From contig JAZOMU010000017.1 of the NCBI GenBank assembly GCA_045654125.1, forward strand, positions 1,672 to 65,671: 64,000 nt of DNA. Direction: 5' to 3'. The stretch comes from Christensenellaceae bacterium (GTDB taxonomy: Bacteria; Bacillota; Clostridia; Christensenellales; Borkfalkiaceae). Below the pieces are notes generated by a model. It was given only the letters and a program-made list of their open reading frames with translations, did no database searches and was not told the DNA's origin. This document shows positions 20,442 to 29,477 of the stretch, in pieces (positions within the stretch are counted from its first letter, which is position 1; each line of letters opens with the position of its first letter). Position numbers and translations under genes: made by a program.

Positions 20442-21146
20442 ATGAAAATACTTGGCATGGAAAAAATGTCCTTAGTGGACTATGATGGCAAAGTTGCAAC
20501 AACTCTTTTTACTGGGAGTTGCAATTTTAAGTGTGGTTTTTGCCATAACTCTCAGCTCGTTTTAGATTACTCTTCCCTGCCACATTATTCTGAAGAAGAG
20601 ATTTTTTCTTTTCTCAATAAAAGAAAAGGTATTATAGATGGCGTTTGCGTATCTGGTGGAGAGCCCACGCTTGCAAAAGACCTACCTAGCTTTATTGAAA
20701 AAATTAAAAACTTGGGTTATTCTGTAAAGCTTGATACCAACGGAACTAATCCAAATATGGTTAAGCTTTTGCATCAAAATGGGCTTTGCGATTACTTTGC
20801 TATGGATATTAAAAATAACCGTGAAGATTACGCTTGCATTATTGGTTTTGATAAATTTGACACGGCAAACGTGGAAAAAACAGTGGACTTTTTCTTGACT
20901 GAAAATGTTGATTACGAATTTCGCACAACTTTAATTTATCAATATCACAAAATAGAAAATATAGAAAAAATTGCCGATTGGATTGCAGGTGCGAAAAAAT
21001 ATTTTCTGCAAAGGTTTAAGTTATCGGATACTTGTATTCAAAAAGACCTTTCAGAAGTAGATAACCAAACTGCGCTTATTTATCGTGGTGTTTTAAAAAA
21101 TAAAATTCCTAACACCTATCTGCGTGGTTATGATATTGTTGATTAA
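20442..21146 (+). CDS. Radical SAM activating enzyme (anaerobic ribonucleoside-triphosphate reductase activase-like, NrdG family)
   Basis: SLVDYDGKVATTLFTGSCNFKCGFCHN, VCVSGGEPT. No nrdD in the window. Confidence 0.75.
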   Translation: MKILGMEKMSLVDYDGKVATTLFTGSCNFKCGFCHNSQLVLDYSSLPHYSEEEIFSFLNKRKGIIDGVCVSGGEPTLAKDLPSFIEKIKNLGYSVKLDTNGTNPNMVKLLHQNGLCDYFAMDIKNNREDYACIIGFDKFDTANVEKTVDFFLTENVDYEFRTTLIYQYHKIENIEKIADWIAGAKKYFLQRFKLSDTCIQKDLSEVDNQTALIYRGVLKNKIPNTYLRGYDIVD

Positions 21147-21194
21147 AAAAGTCTTTAGGCTTTAATAATAAATTTTATTTATTGGAGAATTTTT

Positions 21195-22619
21195 ATGGCA
21201 AAAAGCATTAGTGAAATTATCAAACTTATCAAAGAAAAAGATATCAAAATGGTCGATTTTAAGATGGTAGACGTGAACGGTCAATTTCGCCACGTTACTA
21301 TCCCTGCAGAAAACTTTTCTGAAGAAACCTTAAAAAGTGGTATCGGTTTCGACGCTTCTAACTACGGTTATGCTGTGGTTGAAAAGAGCGACATGGTGTT
21401 TATCCCAGACCCTGATACTGCCGTTATAGACCCGTTCTGCGATATCCCCACCCTTTCTATGACGGGTAACGCTATGATTATAGGAAAAGATAAGAACCGC
21501 CCACTAGCTCAGTACCCAAGAAATATCGTTATCGCTGCAGAACAATATATGAAAGATTCTGGAATTGCTGATACTATGCTTATTCTTCCTGAATTTGAAT
21601 TTTATCTTTTTGACCAAGTTGGTTGGGAAGTTCAACCAAACAGCATTGGCGTTTCTTTAGATGCTGTTCAATCTTACTGGAACAGCGCTGTTGAAGGACA
21701 AGGTGTTATCGTGCCAAAGCAAAAGGCTTACCATATTGCAAAGCCGTTTGATAAAGCTTATGAGTGCCGTAGTGAAATGTGTATGCACATGAAAGATATG
21801 GGTATAGAAATCAACTACCACCACCCCGAAGTTGCAGCTTCTGGTCAGTTTGAAATCGAGCCACAGCTTGGCGTAATGTCTAAAATGGCAGATGCCACTA
21901 TGATGATTAAATACATTATACACAACACAGCGTTAAAGTATGGCAAGAGCGCTACCTTTATGCCTAAGCCCATTTACGGCGAAGCTGGTAGTGGTATGCA
22001 CGTGCATATGCTTTTATTAAAAGATGGCAAGCCAGTTTTCTCAGATGACAACGGCTATGCTAGCTTAAGTGAAACGGCACACTACTTTATGGGTGGACTA
22101 CTTAAACACATCAGTTCGCTTTGCGCAATAACCAACCCAAGCACAAACTCGTTTAAGAGACTTATCCCTGGTTTCGAAGCACCAGTAACAGTTGGTTACG
22201 CAACTTCTAACCGTAGTGCAGTAATTCGTATCCCTGCATACGCAAAATCGCCTGATAAGCGTCGTTTTGAACTTCGCAACCCTGATGCAACGTGTAACCC
22301 ATACTTCTGTTACGCTGCAATTTTGATGGCTGGGCTGGACGGAATTAAAAACAAGATTGACCCACACGCTAATGGCTGGGGGCCATATGACGTTAACCTA
22401 TACCACTTAAGCGATGAAGAAAAGGCTAAATTAAAACATTTACCAACTTCGCTTGATGAAGCGTTAATTGCCCTTGAAAACGACCACGATTACTTAACAG
22501 CAGGTGGCGTATTCCCCGAAGAATTGATAAAGAACTTTATCGCTTCTAAAAAGGAAGAGTGTCGTCAACTTTCAGCAATCCCACACCCTGCTGAATTTGA
22601 TAAATACTACAATATGTAA
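21195..22619 (+). CDS. glnA: Glutamine synthetase, type I
   Basis: 474 aa. FDASN, HHPEVAASGQFEI, GSGMHVHMLL, NSFKRL and VIRIP motifs. Confidence 0.93.
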   Translation: MAKSISEIIKLIKEKDIKMVDFKMVDVNGQFRHVTIPAENFSEETLKSGIGFDASNYGYAVVEKSDMVFIPDPDTAVIDPFCDIPTLSMTGNAMIIGKDKNRPLAQYPRNIVIAAEQYMKDSGIADTMLILPEFEFYLFDQVGWEVQPNSIGVSLDAVQSYWNSAVEGQGVIVPKQKAYHIAKPFDKAYECRSEMCMHMKDMGIEINYHHPEVAASGQFEIEPQLGVMSKMADATMMIKYIIHNTALKYGKSATFMPKPIYGEAGSGMHVHMLLLKDGKPVFSDDNGYASLSETAHYFMGGLLKHISSLCAITNPSTNSFKRLIPGFEAPVTVGYATSNRSAVIRIPAYAKSPDKRRFELRNPDATCNPYFCYAAILMAGLDGIKNKIDPHANGWGPYDVNLYHLSDEEKAKLKHLPTSLDEALIALENDHDYLTAGGVFPEELIKNFIASKKEECRQLSAIPHPAEFDKYYNM

Positions 22620-22632
22620 TAAAATAAATAAG

Positions 22633-22668
22633 AAAGGGAACTGCTTTTTAGCAGTTCCCTTTTATTTT
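22633..22668. terminator. Bidirectional intrinsic terminator (glnA / proA convergent)
   Basis: AAAGGGAACTGC/GCAGTTCCCTTT 12-bp stem followed by a T-run. Confidence 0.75.
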
Positions 22669-22675
22669 ACTTAAA

Positions 22676-23935
22676 CTATTTTCTAATTGAGCCGTTGCCC
22701 TTAACAATATATTTACTTGTAACTAGTGCATCTAGTCCCATAGGTCCACGTGCGTGAAGTTTTTGTGTGCTTATGCCTATTTCTGCACCAAGACCAAACA
22801 CGAATCCATCAGTAAATCGTGTAGAAGCATTCCAATACACCGAAGAAGAATCAATGCTATTTAAGAACTTTTCAGCGCAAGCTTGGTCACTCGTCATTAT
22901 TGATTCAGAGTGATGCGTGCTATGTTCGTTAATATGCGAAATTGCTTGCTCTAAACTCTCTACCGTCTTAACCGAGATTATCGCACCACCGTATTCGGTG
23001 TAAAAATCTTCATGAGTAGCAGGTTTTAGATAGGGATAATCTTTTATAAATTCAATAGCTTTTTCATCTGCGCGAATTTCCACTTGTTTTTCTTTTAGCT
23101 TTTCAGCAATTTTTGGAAGAGCTTTTCCAATAATAGCGTTGTGTATCACTAAAGATTCGCAGGCATTACAAACGCTGTAACGCTGAGTTTTAGCATTAAA
23201 AATCACTTCTGCTGACATATCGATATCGGCATATTCATCAACGTAAACGTGACAGTTGCCCGTTCCCGTTTCAATAATTGGAATAGTAGAGTTTTCCACG
23301 GCTGTTTTTATTAAAGATGCGCCACCACGTGGAATTAGCAGGTCTACGTAGCCATTAAGCTTCATAAACGCTTGCGTTGTTTCCCTTGAAGTGTCTTCTA
23401 TTACCGAAACTGCATTTTCGTTAACACCTAAATCTTTTAATGCCTTTTTTAGCACCTTAACGATTGCTACGTTTGAGCGCAACGAGTCGCTTCCACCCTT
23501 TAGAATAACGGCGTTCGCCGTCTTAAAACAAAGAGCAAACGCATCTGCCGTAACGTTTGGGCGAGATTCGTAAATAATACCTACAACACCGAACGGAACA
23601 GTTGTCTTTTTAATCTGTATGTCTTGTTCGATATTTTCATACTCGTATAAAATTTTACCAAGCGAAGTTTTAAGACTAGCAACCTGTTCTAAACCTTCTG
23701 CCATGCCTTCGATAACCTTTTCGGTAAGCGCAAGTCTATCAATAAAAGAATCGCTCATGCCTTTCGACTTAGCATTTTCAATATCGATTGCGTTTTCCTT
23801 TATTAAATAGTCTTTTTCTGCACGCAAATAAGTTGCCGACTTAATTAGCACGGCGTTTCTTTGTTCATCAGCCATTAAATTTAGTTCTGTCGCCGCCATT
23901 TTAGCGTTCTTTGCAAGAGTAATTAAATCAAACAT
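22676..23935 (-). CDS. proA: Glutamate-5-semialdehyde dehydrogenase (gamma-glutamyl phosphate reductase)
   Basis: 419 aa. VVGIIYESRPNVT, CNACESLVIH, HSESI motifs. ATG overlaps the upstream stop (ATGTTTGA). Confidence 0.93.
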   Translation of the reverse strand: MFDLITLAKNAKMAATELNLMADEQRNAVLIKSATYLRAEKDYLIKENAIDIENAKSKGMSDSFIDRLALTEKVIEGMAEGLEQVASLKTSLGKILYEYENIEQDIQIKKTTVPFGVVGIIYESRPNVTADAFALCFKTANAVILKGGSDSLRSNVAIVKVLKKALKDLGVNENAVSVIEDTSRETTQAFMKLNGYVDLLIPRGGASLIKTAVENSTIPIIETGTGNCHVYVDEYADIDMSAEVIFNAKTQRYSVCNACESLVIHNAIIGKALPKIAEKLKEKQVEIRADEKAIEFIKDYPYLKPATHEDFYTEYGGAIISVKTVESLEQAISHINEHSTHHSESIMTSDQACAEKFLNSIDSSSVYWNASTRFTDGFVFGLGAEIGISTQKLHARGPMGLDALVTSKYIVKGNGSIRK

Positions 23936-24410
23936 CTTTTTTTCCTAACAATCTCTTAATTATATATTTTATTCTGTACCTAATTCGTTGCCTTGTGTAA
24001 AATTTATAGGTTTTTTTCTTGCGCCTTTTTTCGTTAGCGTACCATTTTTTAACTTCTTTTAGATATTCTTCATCGTTTACGTCAATAAATTTTTTGCCAC
24101 GATAAAAACCCATCATAACGCCAATAACAGCACTTTCTAAAACAGTTTCTAAACGGAATTGACTATCGCCACAAGTTATATATCCATCATCTGTTGTTTG
24201 CATAACGCGATGCAGGATATACTCACCGTTTTCACGCTGAAAAAGAGCAACGTCAAAATGTTTAAGCTTTTGAGTTTTTTTAGCAACTATAATCGTTTGC
24301 TTGCGATTCTTTAGCGTTGGCCACATACTATTGCCAATTGGCACAAATGCTAAAACACCATTTTTCTCAAGTTCTACTCTATAATCGCCTTTGTTGTTTT
24401 CTGCTTTCAT
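23928..24410 (-). CDS. S24/S26-fold peptidase-like protein, Ser/His type, no membrane anchor, highly basic C-terminal tail
   Basis: GNSMWPTL (nucleophile box), ILHRVM (His where LexA/SPase I have Lys), CGDSQ box. Tail KRRKKKTYKFYTRQRIRYRIKYIIKRLLGKK. Start is ATG 24410 or GTG 24416. Confidence 0.6.
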   Translation of the reverse strand: MKAENNKGDYRVELEKNGVLAFVPIGNSMWPTLKNRKQTIIVAKKTQKLKHFDVALFQRENGEYILHRVMQTTDDGYITCGDSQFRLETVLESAVIGVMMGFYRGKKFIDVNDEEYLKEVKKWYANEKRRKKKTYKFYTRQRIRYRIKYIIKRLLGKKDV

Positions 24411-24418
24411 TTCCACCC

Positions 24419-25105
24419 TTAAACTATATTTTCAAAACATTTAAGCCCAACAACACTATCAACAGGTAGCGAAAAAATTACACCGTGCGCATCAGTGTTA
24501 GTGCCTGCTTTTTCCATAATAGCTTTCATAATGTTATCACGGCTATCACGGCGCGCAACGATATATACCATTTCCTTTTCTTCGCTAATAGACACGCCAA
24601 AGAACTTTGCTATCTCTGCGCCCGTACCCTTAGCACGAACAACCGTTCCACCACCTGCACCTGCACTGCGTGCTGCGTCCATTACAATTTCGGTGTTACC
24701 CTTATCTACTATGGTTATTATCATAACGATTTTACTATCAATCGCACTCATGCTATCTTTCTCCTTTTTTTCTATTGGATTTTCACCTGCAAAATATTTT
24801 AACGAACTACTACCACCTATACTATCTAATGGAATAACTGCCGAAAGCCCGTTACCAGCTGAAGAAATATCCATCTCCACTATCAAGCCTTTTATTATCT
24901 CACCAAGATTTTCTTCGCGTATCATCGTGCTAAACATTATCTTTTCAGTCTTTTCTAACCCTAATAAATTTAACGTGCTTTCACTTGCAGTACCGTTGCA
25001 AAGCTGACTTATCACGTTGTTAACACCGTGCCTACGGAAAAAATCCAAATAATCTTCTTCAAATTCTCTTTTCGTTATAGTAACTAAATATCTTAATCCT
25101 AACAT
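24419..25105 (-). CDS. Tandem PII-like (GlnB-fold) protein
   Basis: 228 aa. C-terminal half IVMIITIVDKGNTEIVMDAARSAGAGGGTVVRAKGTG...MVYIVARRD...GVIFSLPVDSVVGL is PII-like. N-terminal half is a divergent copy. Confidence 0.7.
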   Translation of the reverse strand: MLGLRYLVTITKREFEEDYLDFFRRHGVNNVISQLCNGTASESTLNLLGLEKTEKIMFSTMIREENLGEIIKGLIVEMDISSAGNGLSAVIPLDSIGGSSSLKYFAGENPIEKKEKDSMSAIDSKIVMIITIVDKGNTEIVMDAARSAGAGGGTVVRAKGTGAEIAKFFGVSISEEKEMVYIVARRDSRDNIMKAIMEKAGTNTDAHGVIFSLPVDSVVGLKCFENIV

Positions 25106-25114
25106 GTTAGCCCC

Positions 25115-26656
25115 CTACTCAATAATCTCTTCAACAGAGGTGGACTTCTTAATCGTTTCTTGTTTCTTAAGTTTGCTTGTTTTAATCTTATAAATTAAGC
25201 CTAGTACCTGTATTGTAATAAGTGGTGTCATTGCGACCATTGCAACTACACCAAAACCTTCGGTAGCAACGTTGCCACCCACTGCACCACAAACGCCTAA
25301 AGCTAACGGCATTAAAAAGCTTGCCGTCATTGCACCGGATGCTACTCCACCCGAGTCAAACGCTATTGCCGTAAACATATCAGAAACGACAAACGTTAGC
25401 ACTAACGCAATGAGATAGCCAGGTATAAGAAAATACATTATTGGAATATTAAGTAAAATTCTAAGCATTGCAATACCTACTGATACTGCAACACCTATCA
25501 TTAGACTATATCTTAACGCTTTTTTAGGTATTGCACCTGAAGTTATTTCAAATACTTGTTTAGTAAGAACGTGTACTGCTGGTTCTGCCGCAACAACGAA
25601 AAAACCGATTATCATACCGATAGGAACTATAATCCAATTATAAGTTAGATTACCTATTGCTTTACCCAAGCAACTACCAACTGGCAAGAACCCTGCGTTT
25701 ACGCCCAGTAAAAATAGCACTAACCCCACGTAAGTATACAACAAACCGATTATTATCTTAATTATATTTTGCCTTGTAAGTTTAGCCCCAAACAATTGAA
25801 AAATAAAGAAAAATGCAACTATCGGTAAGAGCGCGATTGCAACATCTTTCATATAGTCTGGTAGCGCGTGTGCAAACACCCAAACCAAGTCTTTTGAATC
25901 TGCTATAACTGTTACTTGTTCGCTGGAAACATCTATACTTTCAGGCTTAAAGATAATGCCTAAAATCATTACCGAAATAATAGGCCCAATAGAGCAAAGT
26001 GCAGTTAAGCCAAATCCATCTGTTTCTGCGCCCTTATCACTACGCATTGCGGCAACGCCCGTGCCGATTGCTATTATGAACGGAACACTCATTGGTCCAG
26101 TAGTTACCCCACCAGAATCAAAAGCTAATGGCACGAAAGTATCGGGAACAAAAAATGACAATATAAATACTGCTAGATAAAAGATAATAAGTAGTACTGA
26201 AAGCCTTATTTTTAATACAATTCTTAAAAACGCTATCACTAAGAATACGCCAACGCCAACGCCTACTGCTAAAATAAGCGCCCAAGAATCCATGGTTTTA
26301 GAAAGCTGGGTTGCTAGCACCTGCAAGTCTGGTTCAGATATGGTTATAAGCACACCTACGATAAAGCAAATAGGTATAATTATCCAAATCTTTTTCGTAC
26401 GCATTACCGAAGTGCCTACATATTCACCTATAGGCGTCATTGCCGTATCTGCGCCGAGTGTAAATAACCCCATACCAACGATTACTAGGAATGCACCGAG
26501 AATAAAGGCTAAAAACATTCCACTTTCTATTGGCGCTATAGAAAAACAAAGAATAAGCACTATTACCGTTATTGGCAATACTGATGAAAAAGCTTCTTTT
26601 ACTTTTTGTGAGATAATAGTTTTATCTTGTGCCCAAAAGCGCGCGCGTTTTTTCAC
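25115..26656 (-). CDS. Internally duplicated DUF1538-like polytopic membrane protein (putative transporter)
   Basis: Two homologous halves share EPDLQVLATQ/EPAVHVLTKQ and AFDSGGVTTGP/AFDSGGVASGA. GTG start 26656 with AAGGAG SD 7 nt upstream. The ORF-track TTG start at 26716 lies inside the upstream terminator and promoter. Confidence 0.75.
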   Translation of the reverse strand: MKKRARFWAQDKTIISQKVKEAFSSVLPITVIVLILCFSIAPIESGMFLAFILGAFLVIVGMGLFTLGADTAMTPIGEYVGTSVMRTKKIWIIIPICFIVGVLITISEPDLQVLATQLSKTMDSWALILAVGVGVGVFLVIAFLRIVLKIRLSVLLIIFYLAVFILSFFVPDTFVPLAFDSGGVTTGPMSVPFIIAIGTGVAAMRSDKGAETDGFGLTALCSIGPIISVMILGIIFKPESIDVSSEQVTVIADSKDLVWVFAHALPDYMKDVAIALLPIVAFFFIFQLFGAKLTRQNIIKIIIGLLYTYVGLVLFLLGVNAGFLPVGSCLGKAIGNLTYNWIIVPIGMIIGFFVVAAEPAVHVLTKQVFEITSGAIPKKALRYSLMIGVAVSVGIAMLRILLNIPIMYFLIPGYLIALVLTFVVSDMFTAIAFDSGGVASGAMTASFLMPLALGVCGAVGGNVATEGFGVVAMVAMTPLITIQVLGLIYKIKTSKLKKQETIKKSTSVEEIIE

Positions 26657-26687
26657 AACTCTTCTCCTTGTTTTTGTTCTACCTTTT

Positions 26688-26716
26688 AGTATAACAAAAA
26701 GCCGTGCATTTGTCAA
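26688..26716 (-). promoter_or_regulatory. Promoter of the DUF1538/PII/peptidase/proA operon (TTGACA-17-TATACT)
   Basis: Reverse complement: TTGACA 26711-26716 (inside the terminator hairpin loop region), TATACT 26688-26693. Confidence 0.5.
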
Positions 26717-26724
26717 TGCACGGC
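26691..26724 (-). terminator. Intrinsic terminator after the ECF S-component gene
   Basis: GCCGTGCATT/AATGCACGGC 10-bp stem, 4-nt loop, TTTTTGTT on the minus strand. Confidence 0.65.
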
Positions 26725-26751
26725 TTTATTTTTCCTTTATTTAAAGGCGTT

Positions 26752-27303
26752 TTATTTGTCGTCTTTTTGTTTTTTCTCACTATGGTTACCAGCCAAGAAT
26801 ATCTTTCTATTGCTAAACACAGTCATTGTTAATAATGCAATTACAATCCCCACTGTTGCTTGCATAACGTTACCTACAATGCTTGCCGTTGCCCCCCAAG
26901 AGTATCCAAGCACAACTGCTTCATAAAAGAAATATCCTGCTATCATAATAAATTCAGCAACTATACACGCAATAATTTGGTAAATTATATCATACCTTAT
27001 GTGTTTGCCTAAAATTTTTATAAATAAGCTAGCAACTAACGCCACCAAACCTTTTATTATAAGAGTTGCAGGCGCATAGATTGCAAAGCCTAAAATTATG
27101 TCTGCAAGCGCAGAGCCTAACCCTGAAGCAGTTGCACCCCATAATCCACCTAAAATCAACGCTGATAGCAACACGAAAGCATCGCCAAGGTTAGCGTATC
27201 CAAACGGAAGTGGTATTTGCACAGAAACCGTTGCAACTGCTATTAAAGCAGTAAATAACGCTGTTATAACAAGTTTTTTGGTAGTTAACATTTTATCTTT
27301 CAT
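26752..27303 (-). CDS. ECF transporter S component (substrate unknown)
   Basis: 183 aa, 6 TM. TKKLVITALFTALIAVATVSVQIPLPFGYANLGDAFVLL is typical of ECF S components. No ecfA/ecfT adjacent. Confidence 0.7.
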   Translation of the reverse strand: MKDKMLTTKKLVITALFTALIAVATVSVQIPLPFGYANLGDAFVLLSALILGGLWGATASGLGSALADIILGFAIYAPATLIIKGLVALVASLFIKILGKHIRYDIIYQIIACIVAEFIMIAGYFFYEAVVLGYSWGATASIVGNVMQATVGIVIALLTMTVFSNRKIFLAGNHSEKKQKDDK

Positions 27304-27307
27304 AAGT

Positions 27308-27982
27308 CTATAAAATCTCCTTTATATCGCTTAACTTTTCAACAATATAATCTGCCATATAACCTTTAGAATTTTCTTCTTTATTATGGTTATACCAAAT
27401 GGTTTTTAAGCCATATTCTTTTGCTCCCATTATATCGGCAGAAATTGAATCGCCTATCATTATGACCTCTTGTTTTTTTGCATTTACCTTATTAAAGCAT
27501 ATATCGAAAAATTCTTTGGTTGGTTTGCTTGCGCCCATTTTTTCGGAAATAAATAGTTCTTTCAAATAACCTAACATCCCTGTTTTTGCAAGGCGATTTA
27601 TTTGTTGTAAATATATTGCGTTGCTTGCAGCGCAAACGGTATATTTACTAGCTAAATACTCTAAAATATCCTTTGCTCCGTCAATGGCTATAGCCGTATC
27701 AAAAAGAATTTCACGAAAGCGCTTTTCAATCAATGCCCCATCTCCACTTAAACCCAAAGCGTTTAATACGAGATTAAAACGGATTTTATGTAGCCCCAGC
27801 CTATCCAGTTCCCCCTTTTCAATTTTAAGCCACAATTCGTCGTTTATGCGCTTAAAAGTTGGAAAGGTGTTTTCATCAAAAACTAACCCTTGTTCGTTAA
27901 ACGCTTGCCTTATGCATTCTTTACTACTTTCATTAAAATCTAGCAAAGTATTATCTATATCTATAAATACTGTTTTTATCAT
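27308..27982 (-). CDS. HAD-superfamily hydrolase (YjjG-like nucleotidase subfamily)
   Basis: FIDIDNTLLDF (DxDxT), ...SN..., MIGDSISADIMGA motifs. Confidence 0.85.
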   Translation of the reverse strand: MIKTVFIDIDNTLLDFNESSKECIRQAFNEQGLVFDENTFPTFKRINDELWLKIEKGELDRLGLHKIRFNLVLNALGLSGDGALIEKRFREILFDTAIAIDGAKDILEYLASKYTVCAASNAIYLQQINRLAKTGMLGYLKELFISEKMGASKPTKEFFDICFNKVNAKKQEVIMIGDSISADIMGAKEYGLKTIWYNHNKEENSKGYMADYIVEKLSDIKEIL

Positions 27983-28067
27983 AAAACACCTATAAAATTA
28001 TATACTAAATATTTTTAAATTGTCAAGTTTATGGCGTTAAAAAATTTATTCTTCTGCTTATATTTTA

Positions 28068-28096
28068 TTGCTTTTTTGGTGTGATTATTATATAAT
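28068..28096 (+). promoter_or_regulatory. Promoter (TTGCTT-17-TATAAT) of the SulP gene
   Basis: TTGCTT 28068-28073, TATAAT 28091-28096. Confidence 0.5.
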
Positions 28097-28121
28097 ACTT
28101 AGGCATTAAGGAGATAAAACA

Positions 28122-29387
28122 ATGAATCTTTTTAAACCAAAAACTTTTTACGCTTTTAAAGGCTATAAAACTAGAGATTACGTAGCTGATATTATTGCAG
28201 GCTTAATAGTTGCCATTATCGCATTGCCCCTTTCTATTGCCCTTGCAATAGCTTCCGGCGCACCACCTGAAAAAGGGCTTTTTACTGCTATTATTGCTGG
28301 ATTTGTTACAGCGCTTTTGGGTGGTAGCAAGGTTAATATTACCGGTCCTACAGCAGCCTTTGCCACTATCGTTGCAGGAATTATCATTAACGAAGGGTTT
28401 GATGGTTTATTCCTTGCCACCATTATGGCTGGTATCATACTTGTTATTATGGGCGTTTGTAGGTTAGGTTCTCTTATAAAATATATACCACACACCATAA
28501 CTATAGGTTTTACAGCAGGAATTGCCGTTACTCTTGTAGTAGGCCAGCTAAAGGATTTTATGGGTTTAACTTATCCTGATGGAACAGTTGCCATTGAAAC
28601 GATGGATAAGCTTAAACTTGTAATACAAAATATTTCCTCATTTAACCCTTGGGCGTTTGCCATTGGTGGACTTGGCCTTGCAATCTTAATACTATGGCCA
28701 AAGGTATCTAAGAAAATTCCTGGTTCGCTTATCGCCGTTCTAGTTGGCTCTTTAGTTTGCCTTATCCCAATCATAAGCGCAAATACAATAGGCTCACTTT
28801 ATACTATATCATCTAATCTCCCGTCCTTTAGTTTACCTGAAATTACTGGCGAAAAAATACTTGCTCTTCTACCAAGTGCTTTTACTATAGCTTTACTTGC
28901 AGGTATAGAATCTCTACTTTCTTGCGTAGTTTCAGATAAAATGATAGGCGATAAACATAATTCCAATACTGAGCTTATTGCTCTTGGCACAAGTAACTTA
29001 TTAGTTGGTTTCTTTGGTGGAATACCTGCTACCGGCGCAATAGCTAGAACAGCAGCTAACGTTAAAAACGGTGGAAAATCGCCACTTTCTGGCATGGTGC
29101 ACGCTATAATTTTATTGCTAGTTTTGGTACTTTTAATGCCACTTGCATCTTATATACCTATGCCAATTATTGCATCTATTCTATTTATAGTTGCTTATAA
29201 TATGAGTGAATGGAGAGAATTTGTTGCCGTTATTAAAACTAAAAAATGGAACGATATATTAGTTCTAGTGCTCACCTTTGCCCTTACCGTTATATTTGAC
29301 CTTGTAAAAGCAATCGCAGTTGGCTTAGCAGTACACTATACTATCTTACTTATCTATTATTTAATAGAAAAACACAATGCGAAATAA
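28122..29387 (+). CDS. SulP family anion transporter, transmembrane core only (no STAS domain)
   Basis: DIIAGLIVAIIALPLSIALAIASGAPPEKGLFTAIIAGF is a typical SulP N-terminus. The protein ends about 421 aa, right after the last TM helix, and is followed by a terminator. Confidence 0.85.
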   Translation: MNLFKPKTFYAFKGYKTRDYVADIIAGLIVAIIALPLSIALAIASGAPPEKGLFTAIIAGFVTALLGGSKVNITGPTAAFATIVAGIIINEGFDGLFLATIMAGIILVIMGVCRLGSLIKYIPHTITIGFTAGIAVTLVVGQLKDFMGLTYPDGTVAIETMDKLKLVIQNISSFNPWAFAIGGLGLAILILWPKVSKKIPGSLIAVLVGSLVCLIPIISANTIGSLYTISSNLPSFSLPEITGEKILALLPSAFTIALLAGIESLLSCVVSDKMIGDKHNSNTELIALGTSNLLVGFFGGIPATGAIARTAANVKNGGKSPLSGMVHAIILLLVLVLLMPLASYIPMPIIASILFIVAYNMSEWREFVAVIKTKKWNDILVLVLTFALTVIFDLVKAIAVGLAVHYTILLIYYLIEKHNAK

Positions 29388-29431
29388 AAATTCGCATAAA
29401 ACACCAAGCAAAAATAAATAGCTATAAAGTT

Positions 29432-29467
29432 AAAGCCGACGAATAAGTTTCGTCGGCTTTTATTTTT
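29432..29467. terminator. Bidirectional intrinsic terminator
   Basis: AAAGCCGACGAA/TTCGTCGGCTTT 12-bp stem followed by a T-run. Confidence 0.75.
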
Positions 29468-29477
29468 GTTCTTACAC

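Noticed and set aside
21147-21194. Possible glutamine riboswitch or GlnR/TnrA site upstream of glnA
   Set aside because: The gap is only 48 nt. I saw no TGTNA-N7-TNACA palindrome or structured element.
24485-25007. Antisense ORFs 24485-24802 and 24495-25007 opposite the PII-like gene
   Set aside because: Shadow frames. The minus-strand product has recognisable PII-fold motifs and operon context.
26657-26716. N-terminal 20-codon extension of the DUF1538-like ORF (TTG start at 26716)
   Set aside because: The extension begins inside the terminator hairpin of the upstream gene and contains the predicted promoter. A GTG with a perfect AAGGAG SD lies at 26656.
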